Notes: generated by a model not told the origin, from the sequence alone. A stretch of DNA of 64,000 nucleotides from Trichoplax adhaerens (GCF_000150275.1 NW_002060945.1:1802199-1866198); one strand, 5' to 3'. Counted from the stretch's first letter, positions 40,101 to 55,500 are shown. Numbers and translations are program-made.

Positions 40101-43100
40101 AGCAGACGAATAGTTTACGATTAAAATTTTCGAAAAATTCTATCACGTTCACTTAATTCACGATTCTAAGCTGTCAATTTGCTATAATATGAAGTCAAGT
40201 TTTATACTCAATAAGAATAGTACTGTTGCTGCGAATTGATAGAGTAGTTCATTACAGTGATAGAATATCTATTATACTTTTTAAGTCCGTAGTAAACTAT
40301 GAAGTAATTGAAAGGTACTCGGAGCTTATGGTTTTCATTAGTAGTATTATCACTTAAGTAACTATTGTATAATGTTGTATAATTCAAATTTCGAAATTGT
40401 GGCATAGAATCGCAAAACTATAGTGAAGTCATTCACGTAGGAACGATTAAAGACGAGTATAGCATCAATATTGTCAATTTCCTGCCGATGATTTAACATG
40501 TTTTATAAGTTCAAATGAATCAGATATGCTGCTGTTACAAATTGCTAGCTAATTATAGCTTTAGAATAGTACGATGTAGAATTAACTCTGGCGATTAAAG
40601 ATATCGGATTAGAAGATAAAAATTGCAATTTTAAACAGAAATAGTAATAAAACAATGAAAAAGTTGCCATGCCATACCTTAACATCGCGTTTATTTGGAT
40701 CGGCGTTGTTATCAAGCAAAATTTTGATACATGTTGCATGACCATTATAAGCTGCCACATGAATTGGAGAACGACTATAGAAATTAATTGCCGATTGTAG
40801 TGAATGATAGAAAATACGATGAATAAATGGATTATACAGTCGTTCAACATCAAATTAGAATGAAATACGATAGCAGGTTACAAATAAATACTAGAAACTT
40901 GTACTACGAGTATAATTAATTTGACAATTCAGAGCTATCTTGCAAAAATTGAAAAGTCCTTACTTATTGTTATCACCCTGGTTAACTTCAAGGGAATATT
41001 GCAGGAGTGTAGAACAAACTTCATCATGGCCACCTAATGCAGCCCTGAAACATATTGACCAGAAATGTATTAGTTACGATAATGTTAGATAGAAGCAATT
41101 AACACGCATATTAGTAGCAGTCTGTACTTTACTATAGTTATTAGAATACTACATATCCGTTATAGTTAGGTTACGGCTCAGAAAAATGTCAGTACCAGTG
41201 AAGCAAGGTTCTACCCTCATTATCCTTTAGGTTAATTTTTCCTCCACCTGTTCGATATTTCATAAAACATTACTTTATTATCGTTATTACTGATACAATT
41301 TTCATACAAAGCATATTTAAACATAGAAATAATAAAAGGAAACAAAGATCTTGGAGTACCATCAATTAAAGTGTTCATTGCTTCCAGATGACCAGTTTCA
41401 CACGCGCGAAATATGGGAGTATGGCTACGGTTATCAGCATAATTAACATCTGCAGAGTGCTACATTATCAACATCATAGTGTTAGTCTATCTCGATAATA
41501 AAATGATTTATGGTATAGATTATGAACGAGTGTTAAACTTACCTTTATTAGTAAACGGACGCATTCCGATTCGCCTGAAAATGCTGCAGCATGTAGAGCT
41601 ATAACCAAAAGAATTAGTCATAAATAGTATGCTAAAATATTGAATGCTTTGTTGATATTTATATTCACAGTCATATATAGAAAATCTTATTTATTTACCT
41701 GTCCCACCGGTCTTATCCACTAAATTGACATAACTATCATCATGAAGTAGCATAATTTTTAATACCTCGGTATTGCCTATAAGTATAGTGCATTTATAAA
41801 GTAATCATAAGAAAAAATTAAAATACTCTTTATCTCCATTGTTATGATGTATTTTAATTACCTTTACTGGCAGCCCACATAAGAGCTGTTCTACCATCAT
41901 TATCAGGAATATCTTTAACATGATCAAACGATACGAATGTACTAACAGTTTCCTGGTGCAAATGAAAACACGAATAGCTTTAATTTAAGGCATTTCCTAC
42001 TATAACTATATTATAATCTTAATAATATGAAAGCGTTGAAATTCATTCCATCCAAATTTGGTTTCTTAAACTTACTGGAAAATCACTTTGTGCCTAAAAT
42101 CAAGCAGACAAGTTCATTAAGGGTTACTTATTACTAAAGTAATTTATCGAGCAACAACCTGGATAATCAATGACATCATCTATGTTAATACTGATTAATA
42201 ATAAATAAATGACTATTGTAGAATCAAGGTATTTTAACTAATAAGAATATTAATAATTAGATAGTAATTAATACTGATGATGTATTGTAAGATTATCCAG
42301 GATCGATTTACGTTATCCAGAATTAATAACCACTGGATTACTTACAGCATAATGCAAGGCTGTAGCTCCGTTTCGATCTGAGGCTGTATAGTCGGCGTTT
42401 CTTTGTAATAAATTACGAGAAATAGTGGCATGGCCTGATTCATGGCATAAAAATGTTATCGCATTAGAGTAATTCCTACTAAGTCATGTATTTATGGCAT
42501 TATCTTGCTACTCTTCTTTACCTAAAACAGCTGCCCAATGTAGCGGTGTTCGAAACATTCTATCAGGTAAAGATACATTACATTTGCCAAATGAAGTCTA
42601 TAAATCGATTCAATTTTTGACTTTAGTTAGTCTAGCCATTAATGGTTTAATTCAATCAAGTACTCAGGTTAGGCATGTCAATATTTTACTTACTAGTGCT
42701 TTAACGATGGCTTCATTACCATCTGCTACAGCTAAATGAAGTGCTAAAAGACGTAAAGAATAATAAGTTATGCTGACAATTTTGAAAATAAATTTGTCAT
42801 ATTCTATCCATCCCCTGAAAGTGTAAATTTTGATTATCATATGAATGATAACTTACTGGTTCTTCCTTCGCTATCAATGTCGTTAATATCGGAACCAAAA
42901 TCCTATCAGATATCAAAAATTTGTGTGTTAACGTTAAATATAATTTCTATCTTTATTTCTCCTTCAAATCTACTAGTGATATTTCGTAAAATAAAGTAGC
43001 CGTCATAAATATTAAAAGCAAATCATTTATCATATTATGTTTGTTAGTTGTTATTATCCATTACTAGTATGTTAGGGATATGATGGAAGGTTTCAATTAA

Positions 43101-45294
43101 ATTTTTACTTTTATTTCCATTTTTAAGGGTGTAATAGTCTCACTGCTACTACGTTATGTTGAAAAGTTTGTTAATATCAATATCATTCATCTATTAGGGG
43201 TGTGATGAAAAGCTAATAGATAAATTATATTTCTTTTAAATTTATTGAAGTTATTAGTATGGGATAATAAAAACGTAGCCAATGTTAAAAAGCAGGAATA
43301 GTTGTCTTCTACAGCTTACTACATTACGATCTAAGGTAAATTAATTAGACTTACAATTAGAGCCTTTGCCACGCTACTGTCACTATTATTTGCAGTCCAA
43401 TGTAATGGAGTTTTTCCTTCGTTATCGTGAATTACTGTACTTGCTCCCTATATCGATAGTATGCGTTAGCGAAGGAGAAACGATGATAAATACCTTAGTA
43501 ATTGATTTAAATAAATCATGTTATAGATTTATTTAAGTTCTTATAATAAAGAAATCATAGATAATCGATAAGAATAAAGTGCTTACAGCTTTTAATAGAA
43601 TTTTAGTGTTGTCTAATTTGCCATATGATGCACACCAATGCAATGCAGTCATCTACCGATATTATATAAGAACTCATGTTAAAGTAGGTAGAGTTGTGGC
43701 ATGGTCAATAATACTCGTATAATTTGTATTTGAAATTGATACCGATTAAGATTTTTACCTGATCGCAATCTTGATGATTAAGTTCAGGCTTTCCCAATTT
43801 TTTAATCATAAAAGATAAGGACTGTAACGTATATGATAGAAATGGATCTTGTTAATTGCTGGTATACAGTATTTTTGAAATTAGTTTAGCATGTACTTTA
43901 ATTAAAAAATACCTTTGTATTTTGATGACTTGTTGCTTGAAACACTGGAGTCCTAAATATTTTTTGTAAAGAATGAGATTGAAAATATCATTGCGAAGGT
44001 TGAGGCTAAAACAATTTATAAGGACATGTTTTCAAACATCAGACTTACGATAAATATAAACTTACCTTCCTTCATTATCCTGTGCCATAATGTTGGCTCC
44101 TTTATTTATAAGTAACTTTAAGCTACGATAATTGCCCTATTTTGAGAGTAGTCATTCATTCTCAACTGATGATATAATTATCAAGATAATAATCTTTAAT
44201 GATTTATTTTCAAGTTTGATATATTGACCTGATGTGCTGCCCAATGCAATGCTGTTCTTCCATCGACATCTGCTACATCGATCTATTTTAATTTTTATAA
44301 GAGAACAAAATGTCAGAATTTCCTATATTTTTTATGATGAACTTTTAATTACTGTCTTATAAAAGTCCCTTACTTTAGCACCGGCCTTTAATAGCATTTC
44401 CGCACAATCAACGCGATCTCCAAGTACACTAAAAACCTTCATATGATGACGACAATACAAGACGATCAATGTCATTACAAGTTGAACATTTTCAATTATA
44501 TCGTTCAGTATACTCACCAGAGGGGTTCTCCCAAATTGGTCTCCTTTATCTAACTTTTCCAACTGTTCGCTCCCTTAATATTTTAGTCATGAAATAAGAA
44601 ACTTTAATCTTGGAACTAATTTATTCTTGTTAGCTTTATCAGAATTCTTACCAGGCTGAAGTAATTTTTGAAGCATTATTTTGTTGCCATTGATTGCAGC
44701 TGCATGGAGGTCACTATGATGTCTACCTATATATTATAGCAATGAGATCGTGTTAGATGCATTTCAATAGAAACCTGGTCACTATTCTTGATGCTTGGAA
44801 AATACTTTAGTCATAACTGAGAACTTTAATGTCGTTACAAGATACAGTGGAATAGGCAGCATTTGATAGCAAGAGGAAAAGTAAATTAATAAAAGTAAAA
44901 GCTCTGTCAACGCTATTTAGAGTATAGGAAACTTACCATCAAATTGTGTTGCTCTAAGAACAATCTCTGCGTCGTAATCTTCATTCTATGAAAGTATAAT
45001 GATGTCAATAAATTGCTACAATTATTAACAGGAGAAAGGGATAGGAAGCAGTCAAGTTGGAAAAAAAGGTATCGATATATTTATATCAGTAACATTTACT
45101 CACTTGGCTGTATCTGGAATTTTGAGAGGTAGAATCGTATTCTTTATCCTAAGAACGTAATGAATATAACGCCATTAGCATTAAAAAAGTTGCAAGTTTA
45201 TGATCAATATTAGAGAAGGGAAATTCAAGAGTCTGATATGGGCATATTGATTGACTGTATATTAAAACAAATTATTTTTGCTTACCGATGACAT
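37105..45294 (-). CDS. INVS: Inversin / nephrocystin-2 (ankyrin repeats plus IQ motifs), more than 30 small exons
   Basis: Spliced minus-strand exons give LHAAAINGNK, DKGDQFGRTPLVFSVLGDRVDCAEMLLKAGA, DRMFRTPLHWAAVLGHA, GATALHYAAQSDFPETV, DKTGGTALHAAAFSG, HTPIFRACETGH, LLHWAALGGH and LTPLDYA...EHGALTITSIQDLSATTIQAFYRGYRVRK, colinear with human inversin. ATG at 45294 (MSS); stop TAA at 37107-37105. Confidence 0.95.
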
Positions 45295-45787
45295 GATTTA
45301 CATTTGGCCTGTGGATATTACCAGTCTATTGCTACCTTGAGCTTGGTGCTTGGTTGCAAGATAACTTGTTAATTTAATCTTCTAGAATTGTAGTATCAAA
45401 AGTCATATCTAATTACTACTTGGAATGATTTCCTTGTTGTTATACTACAAATACAGGGTATACCTACATGATATTGATATAGAGTGATATGCTTAGATAA
45501 ATTACTATTTTCTAAGCAGATTATTATGCTGTTAACTAATCAATACAATTTCTGTGTAGTATACCAAATCAGATGATAATATGTCCGTAGAGGATAGCAT
45601 CCAAACTTACCTAAACTTTGCGATTATTTTGGTATCACTTGTCGTCAAGAAATGTTATAGTAAATTGTTAGACACCATTATCGCCCAATTCTGCCTTGTA
45701 TTAATCTATTTTACATTTTAACACTAGAGTCGGCAATAGCTAACGGCACCTTTAGCTTACTGCAATAACAATAAAGTATCCGTCGTT

Positions 45788-45800
45788 GTTACTAGGCAAC
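45788..45800 (-). promoter_or_regulatory. RFX X-box upstream of INVS
   Basis: Minus-strand GTTGCCTAGTAAC differs by one base from the classical 13-bp EF-C/RFX site GTTGCCTAGCAAC. It lies about 180 bp upstream of the donor (~45610) of the probable non-coding first exon. Confidence 0.75.
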
Positions 45801-46969
45801 ATGGCACGCTTGCTCAAACACTGTCGATTTGCTTGACTCGCATCGTATGCAATGGCGGAAATGTTTGCGTAACGATGCAATGCGTTAAATATGGTGTTAT
45901 TGTGGCTCATCAAGACAACAATCGCAAGCCTGTATATTCTACTCATTAATATATTATTGGCTAGAGGATGAATTCTTACAGGAATCTATTGAATTCAAAA
46001 TTACCCCCTACCTTTCTATTAATATAACAGTAGCTGGAAGGGTAGACAATCATTTTACCTATTGATGCCAAAGCTATTGCAGTAGGTTATGCCGGTAATG
46101 ATATTCATTCATAAACCCTCTCATCGATCATGATCGATGATATTAGCTCTATTATATTGCACATACTATACAAGAGTTTTAATTGCCGGTATGCCATCAA
46201 TAGTTGAGTGAATGAAATTGGAGCAGGAATCATATACCCTTACTACCGATTATAAATCACCCTAAAGTCTATGCAATGAATGGATTTTTAACCTTTTAAG
46301 GTTCGCAATCCATCAGCTCGAAATTTGAACTAGTAAAATAGAGCCAGTCTCTATTGTAGCACAAAATTTCATGATATTAGCCATCATCTACAATTACTGT
46401 ATTTTATTAAGCACAAACGGTTATTCTATGTCACAAAGTGCTTCAATACAGTATCGCTGCTGCATTTTCAAAACACATTACTACTGCAATGAGACAAAAT
46501 CACTTTAGCAAAGTAGTATTCTAGGAAGTAGTCTAGAATCACTGGGCAATTCAATGTGAGAAGCTACGCTTTTTGTTAAGGTCTCTAGCCAACTGTAGTA
46601 GAGAGTGATTGACCAAAGAGGTATCTCTATGGTCATTGACAACGAGAAATTGATATAGGGCGAATATTTCTTCTTCGAAATACGTCGGCCTAAATCGGCT
46701 TTTGATATTATTCCAAGGGCAATTGCATGCAGAGTTTATCATTAGAGTCAATTTTCTAATCATCGATGCCAACGCATTGGAAATGTCTCCTTTCGTAGGT
46801 ACTGTAAACTAGTCGTTACTTCAACGTTGCTAACTTGTGGAGTATAGGCGCTCCATCAGGGACGGCTGCAGGAAGCTGTCAGTTAGTCACTGCAGCATAT
46901 CGTCCTGGACTGTCATGGACTTTTAAAAACCTCTTAAGCACAATATACAATATTATTGTTAGTAGGCCA

Positions 46970-47115
46970 GCTTCTTGATACATGGGCTTCTCGATACATC
47001 AGCTTCTGGATACGTAGACATCTAGATACATGGACTTCTAGATAGATGGGCTTCTAAATACGTAGGCTTCTACGGTAGATACATGAGCTTTGAGATACAT
47101 GGATTTCTAGATACA
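46970..47115. repeat. 16-bp minisatellite, consensus GATACATGGRCTTCTA, about 8-9 copies
   Basis: gatacatgggcttctc / gatacatcagcttctg / gatacgtagacatcta / gatacatggacttcta / gatagatgggcttcta / aatacgtaggcttcta ... Confidence 0.9.
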
Positions 47116-47613
47116 AGTTCAATATTGCATATGGACTTGTAGATACTGTACTGTACTCTACAGTATATTGACTAGATACCTTTTCTAAATTAAGTAATAT
47201 CACATTGAAATCTATTCTAATTTACCAAGTTCTACTCGAAAGCAGTTCTATAAGGTCATAAAATGTTCTTAAATTAGTCCAAGTGATGACAAAATTAGAC
47301 ATTAAAGATCCCATAATAAGTGACTGATTTTTCGAGATTTCGGCCACATTAGGTAGAAAACGTCCATCCGTCCGCAAAGTGTCCCATCCATCCCATCCAG
47401 GTGTATCTAGTAGTCCATAGCCGGGACTCTAGTTTATTCAGTGTTTTTACGGTACTGTATCGTACACTGGACTCACCATAGTACCCACGCTCCTGTAGTG
47501 TGGATGACGAAAGAATATTGACTGGAATTAGCGGCCATTGCAAGCTGTTGGAGAAGAGAAATCATCCATTGAAATTGATTTTATACCTCGATTATTTAGA
47601 TTAGCAAGACAAC

Positions 47614-50600
47614 ATGGGTGGTGGAGATTTGGTAAGCTATAGATGATCTATTATCTCAGTCTGGTCTAGTCTATTGATTGCTGTGAGAGAGTATAAGTTG
47701 GACATGACTGTGTTATAATTCTCCATTTGTATAAATGGAGAATTGTCTGCTTTAGTAGAAATGGTCAGTTGAAGTTGGACCGGCCAGTTTGACTGTCCTT
47801 ATTTCCATTGAAATTACCGATCTTTACTATAAATATTCATGCTTTCCTTGTTGATGTGGCTAGATAGGCAATGCATCTACTGTATCTTCTTATAAATACT
47901 CGGTAGAATGACTATTGCAAGTCTGTGCTGTAGTGGATTTCTTTCAAGCCGTCTAGCTATTTTGTACCTACTGTACTGTACATTTCACCACAAATTTGTA
48001 AATATCTTGATCATGGCAGATATCAAGTGCTTTTTCCTTGATTTATTACTTTATGTAGTATATTCATAGTTACGGTGAACTCAAAAAAACTTACCACAGA
48101 CGTTCTCTTGCCCCTAAGATGGACGTATAAGCTTGACGTAAGAAAGTGTACAGTATATTCATTATTTGTACGCAATACGAACATAGACTCACAAATAGAA
48201 TTGCAATACTATTAGCCATCACGTTGATGAAGGACATGATCGGTCTACGCTATCATAAGCTGATCAAGACGAATCATAGTCTACGTACTACATCAAGTAG
48301 GCAGCAAACTCTTGAAACTATGTAGCAAATATAACTATAGTATCATAGTCATTGGATAAGGTTAAAATCAAGAAGATTCAGGGACAAATACTGCAGATAT
48401 TACACTACTGTATTAGCACAGCGATTAATTTGTTAATGCCTTGATTGATCGTACGCTAGATGACTATATCTTGTCTATAAAGCTATATTACGATCCAGTC
48501 AAATAAACTGTCCTAATATTGTATTACCAACAACGTGATAGAATTTGAAAAAGAGTTGGCATCCACAAACGTTACACAATGTTGAAAGAGTCTGGAAAGC
48601 TGAGCAAAAACAACAAGCTGAACAGCGAAAGATTGATCAGTTAAAACAAGAGATTGAAGAAGAGAGAGCGAGAGAGGAAATCCAAGCGCATGCTGTTTCT
48701 ACTGGCGTTCTCAGGTTAGTCTAATATTTATTATCAATTTACCCTTATCATGTACCTTTCAATAATATAAAAAGTATCCGCAAGGAGGAATCCAAATCTG
48801 TCTTCAGTTATCTTCTATTTTAAAACTAACTATTAAAATTGATATCTCCTCCTCCCTTCTATTTACCTCTACTAACAGGAAAAAGTCCAATCGACTAGAT
48901 TGGATGTATGCTGCACCTGGAGTCAGTGCTGATCGTGAAGAATACCTCTTGGGAAAAACTTTGGATAATAAACTACTCAATAATGATGCCAAAGAAGAAC
49001 AAAACGTAAACTGCCCAAATATATCGACAGCTATTATTTGAAGTTTATGCTATTGCCAACGGTAAAATATCATTAATCTTACTATTTCAGAATCCGCTTA
49101 CTATGCCTAGCTCATCCTCTGATGTAGTTAACAATCCAAAGGATATGGCAGCAAAAATTAGGGAAGATCCGATCTTTCTCATGAAGTAAGGCTACTTTGA
49201 TTTTTAATCTTAAGATATAAGTTTGCATTTCGGGAAACAAACAGTAAGGTTTACTAGAAAATCACATTTTTAAGTGATTAAATTAATCTTTGGGCTAAAT
49301 GTTGATTAATTGACTAATATCATTGTTGGAGCAGATACGTGAATCATGGTGTTATTCTAAATATACTGCCATTAATGTGATCTCAAATGCAGTATAGGCG
49401 TTCATGTTACACAGTCTACTGCGTGTAATGTCAAGTCAACAAACTTCATGTGTGACTTTTTGTTATTAATAGGAAACAAGAAGATAGTAGAAAAAAGGAG
49501 TTGGTTCAAAATCCGATCAAAATGAAAAAACTAAGAGAGTTGGTTAGTACCTTTTCCTTCAGAAAACGATTAAAGTCCTCTTTGTAACTATATCACTTTA
49601 ATTCTCTATTTATATGGGTATATTACGTGACTAGCTTCATAACACAATGGATAAAAAACCTAAAAAGCATAAAAAAAAGAAGAGCAAAGATCACGAAAAG
49701 AAGCATAAAGATGATAATGTAAGAGTTCACCAAGACCACCATCGTAGTATGAACCAGCACAGGGTTAGTCTATATATAACTACTGTCATTACTAAATTAT
49801 CAATTATAAAATTATTAAAACTGAAGTAATGTAAAGCATTGCAGATGTGGACATAAGGTTAATAGCTTATAAAATGAGTTTGATTTGCAATTAAATTTTG
49901 AACGTAATGTAATTCCTAGGACAGGGAACGAGGTCGAGATATATCACCATCGCATCGACGACGAAGCGAGCAAAGGTAATGTCTACCCAGTTAGGCATGA
50001 CTTTACAATTAATATCGGTCTTTCTCATGATAAAATGTGTATCGCAACTGTATAATATACATATTCTATACCATGAAACATTTTACATAACAATTTATAT
50101 TGTCATAATTAGGAATGGTATTCATCGAGATCACAGGTCACGTTCTCGTAGTCCTAGACGTTACCACGATAATTACAATAGGCGACCGCGCTCTAAAAGT
50201 CCAGACTATAAGAGGCGTGATCAAGAAAGGTGACTTAAACTATTATCCACTTAGCTACACTTTGGATCAATTTTGATTCAAAAATTGAATAAGTATTCTG
50301 CCTTACGCTTAATAGATCGACCCAACGAAATTACAATCGTCGGCAAAACAATCTCTTCCAAAATAACGATAAGAATCCTCAAACTAAAAAGTATGTCAAG
50401 TACCTGCAAATTAAAATTGTTATTGCTTATGAATATTATATGCGTATAAGCAATGTGCTTTAAAATTGATTTCGCCTTGTTTTTTCATTCGGAAACAGAA
50501 AATTATCAGCTGAAGAAATGCAAAAATTGAGGGAAGACATGATGTCGAATGCAAAGTAATTTCTCGCTATCCAATTATTTTTCATTGATAGATGCAATTA

Positions 50601-51091
50601 TTATACTGATTTGTCGATTTTTATCATTACAGATGGAGAGATGAGCAAAGGGAGTCGAATGTAAAAAAGTATAAGGTAGTTTATTTTCAACCTCGGGGAG
50701 AAATTACTAGAGCATGAATACCTAAAAATTTATTCTTGACTATGATAAAAGGTATTCAATTATGTTGAATTTACTAATGAGAAAACTTGTTATTCAATCA
50801 AAATTAGATTGCGGATGACGAAGAAAAGAACGACAATGGACCAAAAGATGCAGCATTTATTAGGTATTCGAATTATACTATTTTTATATTATCTGTGAAT
50901 AAATGTAAAGCAGGATTATGATTTAGTGTCTGACACACGTTTGGGTATTGATTTACAAACTGTATATTAGATCGATGAAGATTGACTCATATTCGTCGTC
51001 ATCAACATCTTCAGTCCAAGATCGAATTCGTCGCAACATTTATTCTGTGCAACGAACTGGGTCGTCTAAAGACAACTTCTTATCTCGATGA
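47614..51091 (+). CDS. CWC25: Pre-mRNA splicing factor CWC25 (CCDC49), multi-exon
   Basis: MGGGDL|NLKKSWHPQTLHNVERVWKAEQ N-terminus, RLDWMY, REEYLLGK and KIREDPIF motifs, an RS/basic region, and a DRIRRNIYSVQR C-terminus. TGA at 51089-51091. Confidence 0.95.
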
Positions 51092-52570
51092 TAAACTTAA
51101 GCTATTGAGTGAAATATGAACAGTAAAATTATTTTTAAAGTAATTCTCAGTTTTAGCGAAATTATTGAATTGTAAGTAAGCATCTTTAATTTTTAGAACT
51201 GTCACGAGCGTCAGTAAGAATTGTAAATACTACGATTTACTAACATAGCCCTGTAATATAATAGTACACAAGAGTACAAAACTGATTTTATGAGTAATTT
51301 TCAGTTACTTTGAGCATCTGACTAGATTTTGATAAATAATTCTCAATAATCATTCAAAATACACGTAATTCAATTAAAAATGCTGTATGTATATTTAGGA
51401 AATAGGACATTTGTTTTAAATTTGTTTAATCGTAACTCTTAAACGTAGGTATATGGGTACAAAAATTATCATTTCTTTCGAAAGACACGCCGAATTATGC
51501 ATTAATTATAATTAACGAAGGTGGCTACGCATCTTTGAATTACGTGCCAAACGATTAATGTTGTAAACGACTATGTAGGGCTGTTAAGTCTGATCAAAAA
51601 TTCAAGGCTACTTACTGAAGCCTTCACTAATACCTATATTGTATAACTTACAGTAGATCATAATTAATTAATTTATTTATTTGTAAAGTTTGACATTAGG
51701 TTATGGTGTCTCAAGTTTAAAATTAAAAAAATATTGAACTTACATATTCACGGTGTACATTTCCGTCTGTTTAATCATGCTAGAGAAGTCAACCTGTATG
51801 AAGTTTTACCGTATGACTGTAACAAAAGATAGGGCCTGCTAAATCGTGTATTATGCGTCAAAACACCTAACACCAATAACAGATTATATTCGTATAAACC
51901 AAGTTTTATTCCATAACATTTTTTCAAGAACTAATTGACTTACGTTCAGATACAATATAATTAATAATAATAAAAGGAATATACCATATGAATTCTAACT
52001 AAGAGTAATAATATTTCGTCCTATTACATAATGTTTCTAATACACATTCTGTAATGTAGTAAATCATGACACCTTACTAAATATTGGATTACATGGTAAA
52101 AATTAAGAAAATTAATTCAGTACTATAGTAGTAGACATGAGCTATCACATATGTCATAAATATACTTATTGTAAGCACGGTTTTCCGCAGAACTTGTTCG
52201 TACTGACAACATGTGCAACTACATTAATGAGATTGATCATTTAGTTTGTAAATGTAAAGACTTACATATGTAAATTTATAAAATAAGTGAAGTCTTTTGA
52301 CCGTATCACGTTATTGATACATTTATTGCACTAGTGTCAATAAAATTTCATTAAGCATTGCTGCCAGTAAATTCAAGTTTTATAGAATCTTTAATATTTT
52401 TACTTAATCACATTCTTCGTTATTCCCTATTATATAGTTTAATTGGTATAGCATCATTGTAATGTCTAAGCACATTCTTTAATGTCTATAACAATGAAAC
52501 TGATTCATTAGGGTAAAATTACTACAATACATTCTCGTCATATAATACTACGACCAGCGTCCAGTCTCAT

Positions 52571-55500
52571 CTAGTCAATATTCTGCTTCTCACTGGCACT
52601 AACTGGATTCAAGTTAGTTGTCGCCATTTTGGCTTCTATTTGCGAAACTGATACATTACTTGAAGGTTGTCCTACCTCACCAACGAAAGACATCCCATTA
52701 TTTTCCGCAGGCGACACCTTAGCAGTGACAGTGGACTGCTGCGATATCGGGATTGTTGCAGGAGAGGTGGCGCCACCTCTAGAAATAAGACCTGCACTAG
52801 TTGAAACAATCTGAGATCCAGCCGAATATTGAGCGCCAGTAGTCTGAACAGAAGTAGGGGCCCTATCAATTGCTGAAATATTACTGAGCGGAACCGCACT
52901 TTGAGAAACGTTTGTAAACTGATCACCAAGACTACTACTAGGTGACCCTAATTCACCTACTGGTGATGCAGTAGGTATTCCGCCTTCAAATTTTGCTGGG
53001 GTCATGGTATTTGTGGGTAGTGTAGCTACCGAAGAAACACTAGTAGGTGTAACACTATCACTTACAGAACCATGGGATATTAGTGGCGCTGCTCCAGTAT
53101 AAGACGTAGGCAAGTTTTGCGATTGAGGTAATGGAGATACTGGTAGTTGCTGTGTGTATTGTTGCGATGCGATAGGAAAGTTAACATTTGCACCTGCTGC
53201 AGTAGGGATGCTAGGTAACTGTTGCTGTAACTGTAGATTTGGAGTAGGAATTTGTTGCTGTAGTTGACCGGGTACAGCCTGTCGTTGTTGTTGTGCAAGT
53301 AGCTGCTGCGCCTGCAAATATTGCTGTTGTTGCATTTGTAATAATAATTGTTGCTGTTGTTGTTGTAGTTGAATTTGTTCAGGGGTCAGTGATGCTGTAT
53401 TTGGCAGCTGTGGCGATGCTAGTAATGAAACATATTAAGTTAATCGTTAGTTTGCAATAGTCGTAACTACCCAATAGTCGTCAAGTTGTTTCCACTAGTT
53501 ATAATTTTACTCACGAAAATTCTGTTGGCCAACAAATTGTTGATTCATGACGTTGGGGGAATACTGTAGCAGTAAGAATAGAATTAAATACATCTGAAAT
53601 AAAAAACTAAGTAAAAAAACAAATAAAATACTTAGAGATTTGATACCTCGATTGGCATTTGATCAGATTTAGAGGTAACATTGGAGCTAGCAGACTGAGG
53701 CTTGGAAGGAATACGATGCAAATAACCATATCCAATACCGCAACCAAGGCTACATGTATGCGATTGAGTATTTAGAAAAATAAATTTCTTTTTAGACTAG
53801 GGCAAGAATTATATATTAATCGTCCAAATATGTCACATGAAATATGCCGTACCTTCCACTTCCACCCCATTTTGAATTTGGTGTTACTATGACCTGAAGT
53901 TGATCATTATCATTAAAGAACAGTAGCATTACAATATTGGATGGATGGAAATTGTAGATATATCTTTAACTTTTAGAAGCAGTTACCTGTCTACAACTGT
54001 CGGTTTCTGTACTATAAACATACAGTCTGATTGGCTTACCATCGAAAGCTTCAATTAAATTGTACAAATCTCCCGCCTAAGCACATATGATATTGATCAA
54101 ATACTTAACATTTGAGTTATCTAAGCGATCTTATTTTTGGTACTTTAAGTAAGTATCATCAACATCACGTCTACAGTTGATAATAAATTGTCCGAAACTG
54201 AACAATGACCTCTTGCAGCTGAGTGTCAGAACCAACGATATAATCAGTATGTTGTCGCAAGCCAGCTACAGCAGCAGGAGAATTTGGTTCTACATCCTAA
54301 TTCAAGATTATATTGGTTAATTTACGATGAACGAGTAATACGTACTTTGCATAAAAAATGACTTTCAACTAACCAAAACGTGCCAAACATTTTCGTTTGC
54401 TCCTTCAAAAGAACAGAATCTGATACTAACTCCTAAATAATTAAGTTGAATTGATAAGAAACGATACTAATACATACAATGTATGCCACAGATTCTTAAT
54501 TTGATCATATGAGACATCGTAAAATTCGCATCCATTACATTATTATGGTAGAAAAATTATGCTTTTAATAGTTAATTATAATAATACTGTACTAAAATAC
54601 GAACATCTCATTTTACCTAGTAATCCTTGTCCTCCCCATAAAGCACTTGGTGTTATATTTGTAACTGAAAATCAAAAAATTTAAATATTTTACGATCTTC
54701 TTCTATTAAAGGAGTTATGTTATCAATACGTATAAATAGCTGACTTTGGATGATTTCTTTTAATTTTTATCCAATGTATCTTAAGCGTGTAGCAAGAATA
54801 TCGATAGAGTAAAGATTGATAGACTGTTAATATGCTGGTCTACCCCTGAAATATATGACTAGTCTAGAGTGTAAATGTAATAGATGTAAAAATTTTCTTG
54901 ATGATAATCTGAAACATTTAATAGCAAAGAAGAACAGTAGACTAGCTGTCGTAATTAATCATATCAGTTTTTAATGGCTAATACGTACATAAAATGAGTC
55001 ATTTTACAATTATGATTCTACATTTCTTCAACAATGATGTTTAAATGGATACATAATTTACCTCTAGTGCCTTGGGTTTTGCTACTATAAACAATAATTT
55101 CGACTGACTTTTCACAGCTTGCTTGTAAAATTTCCTTTAACTCATCATTGTCTTGGTTCTATACATATCGAAACGTTACGCTTCAGATAAGTTCATCAAT
55201 AAGTAATTAAAAGTTCTCGGTGATGATAGCGATTATTCTTCATATACTTAAAGCGCTGGCAGTATCCGTAGCTGATTCATTATAATTATTTATTGCTAAA
55301 AATTGAAGCTGTTGCAAACTTTGTATACTTTCTCCTTTACGATTTAGTAACAGTACAGTAGAAACTGAGCACTTTTACATATGCGTATTATTACACAGTA
55401 TAGTATTAAGCATAAGCTACAGTACTGCTTCAAGGATTGATTGTAAATTATAGTATGACATTATGATCGAACCAGGTATAAGAAAGTAAATATTCGTCGA

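Noticed and set aside
46670-46730. Plus-strand peptide EIRRPKSAF resembling the start of an HMG box
   Set aside because: Similarity does not continue and a stop follows; treated as coincidence.
48222-48271. TGATGA...CTGA pair resembling a box C/D snoRNA in CWC25 intron 1
   Set aside because: Only about 40 nt between boxes, with no clear C'/D' boxes or guide sequence.
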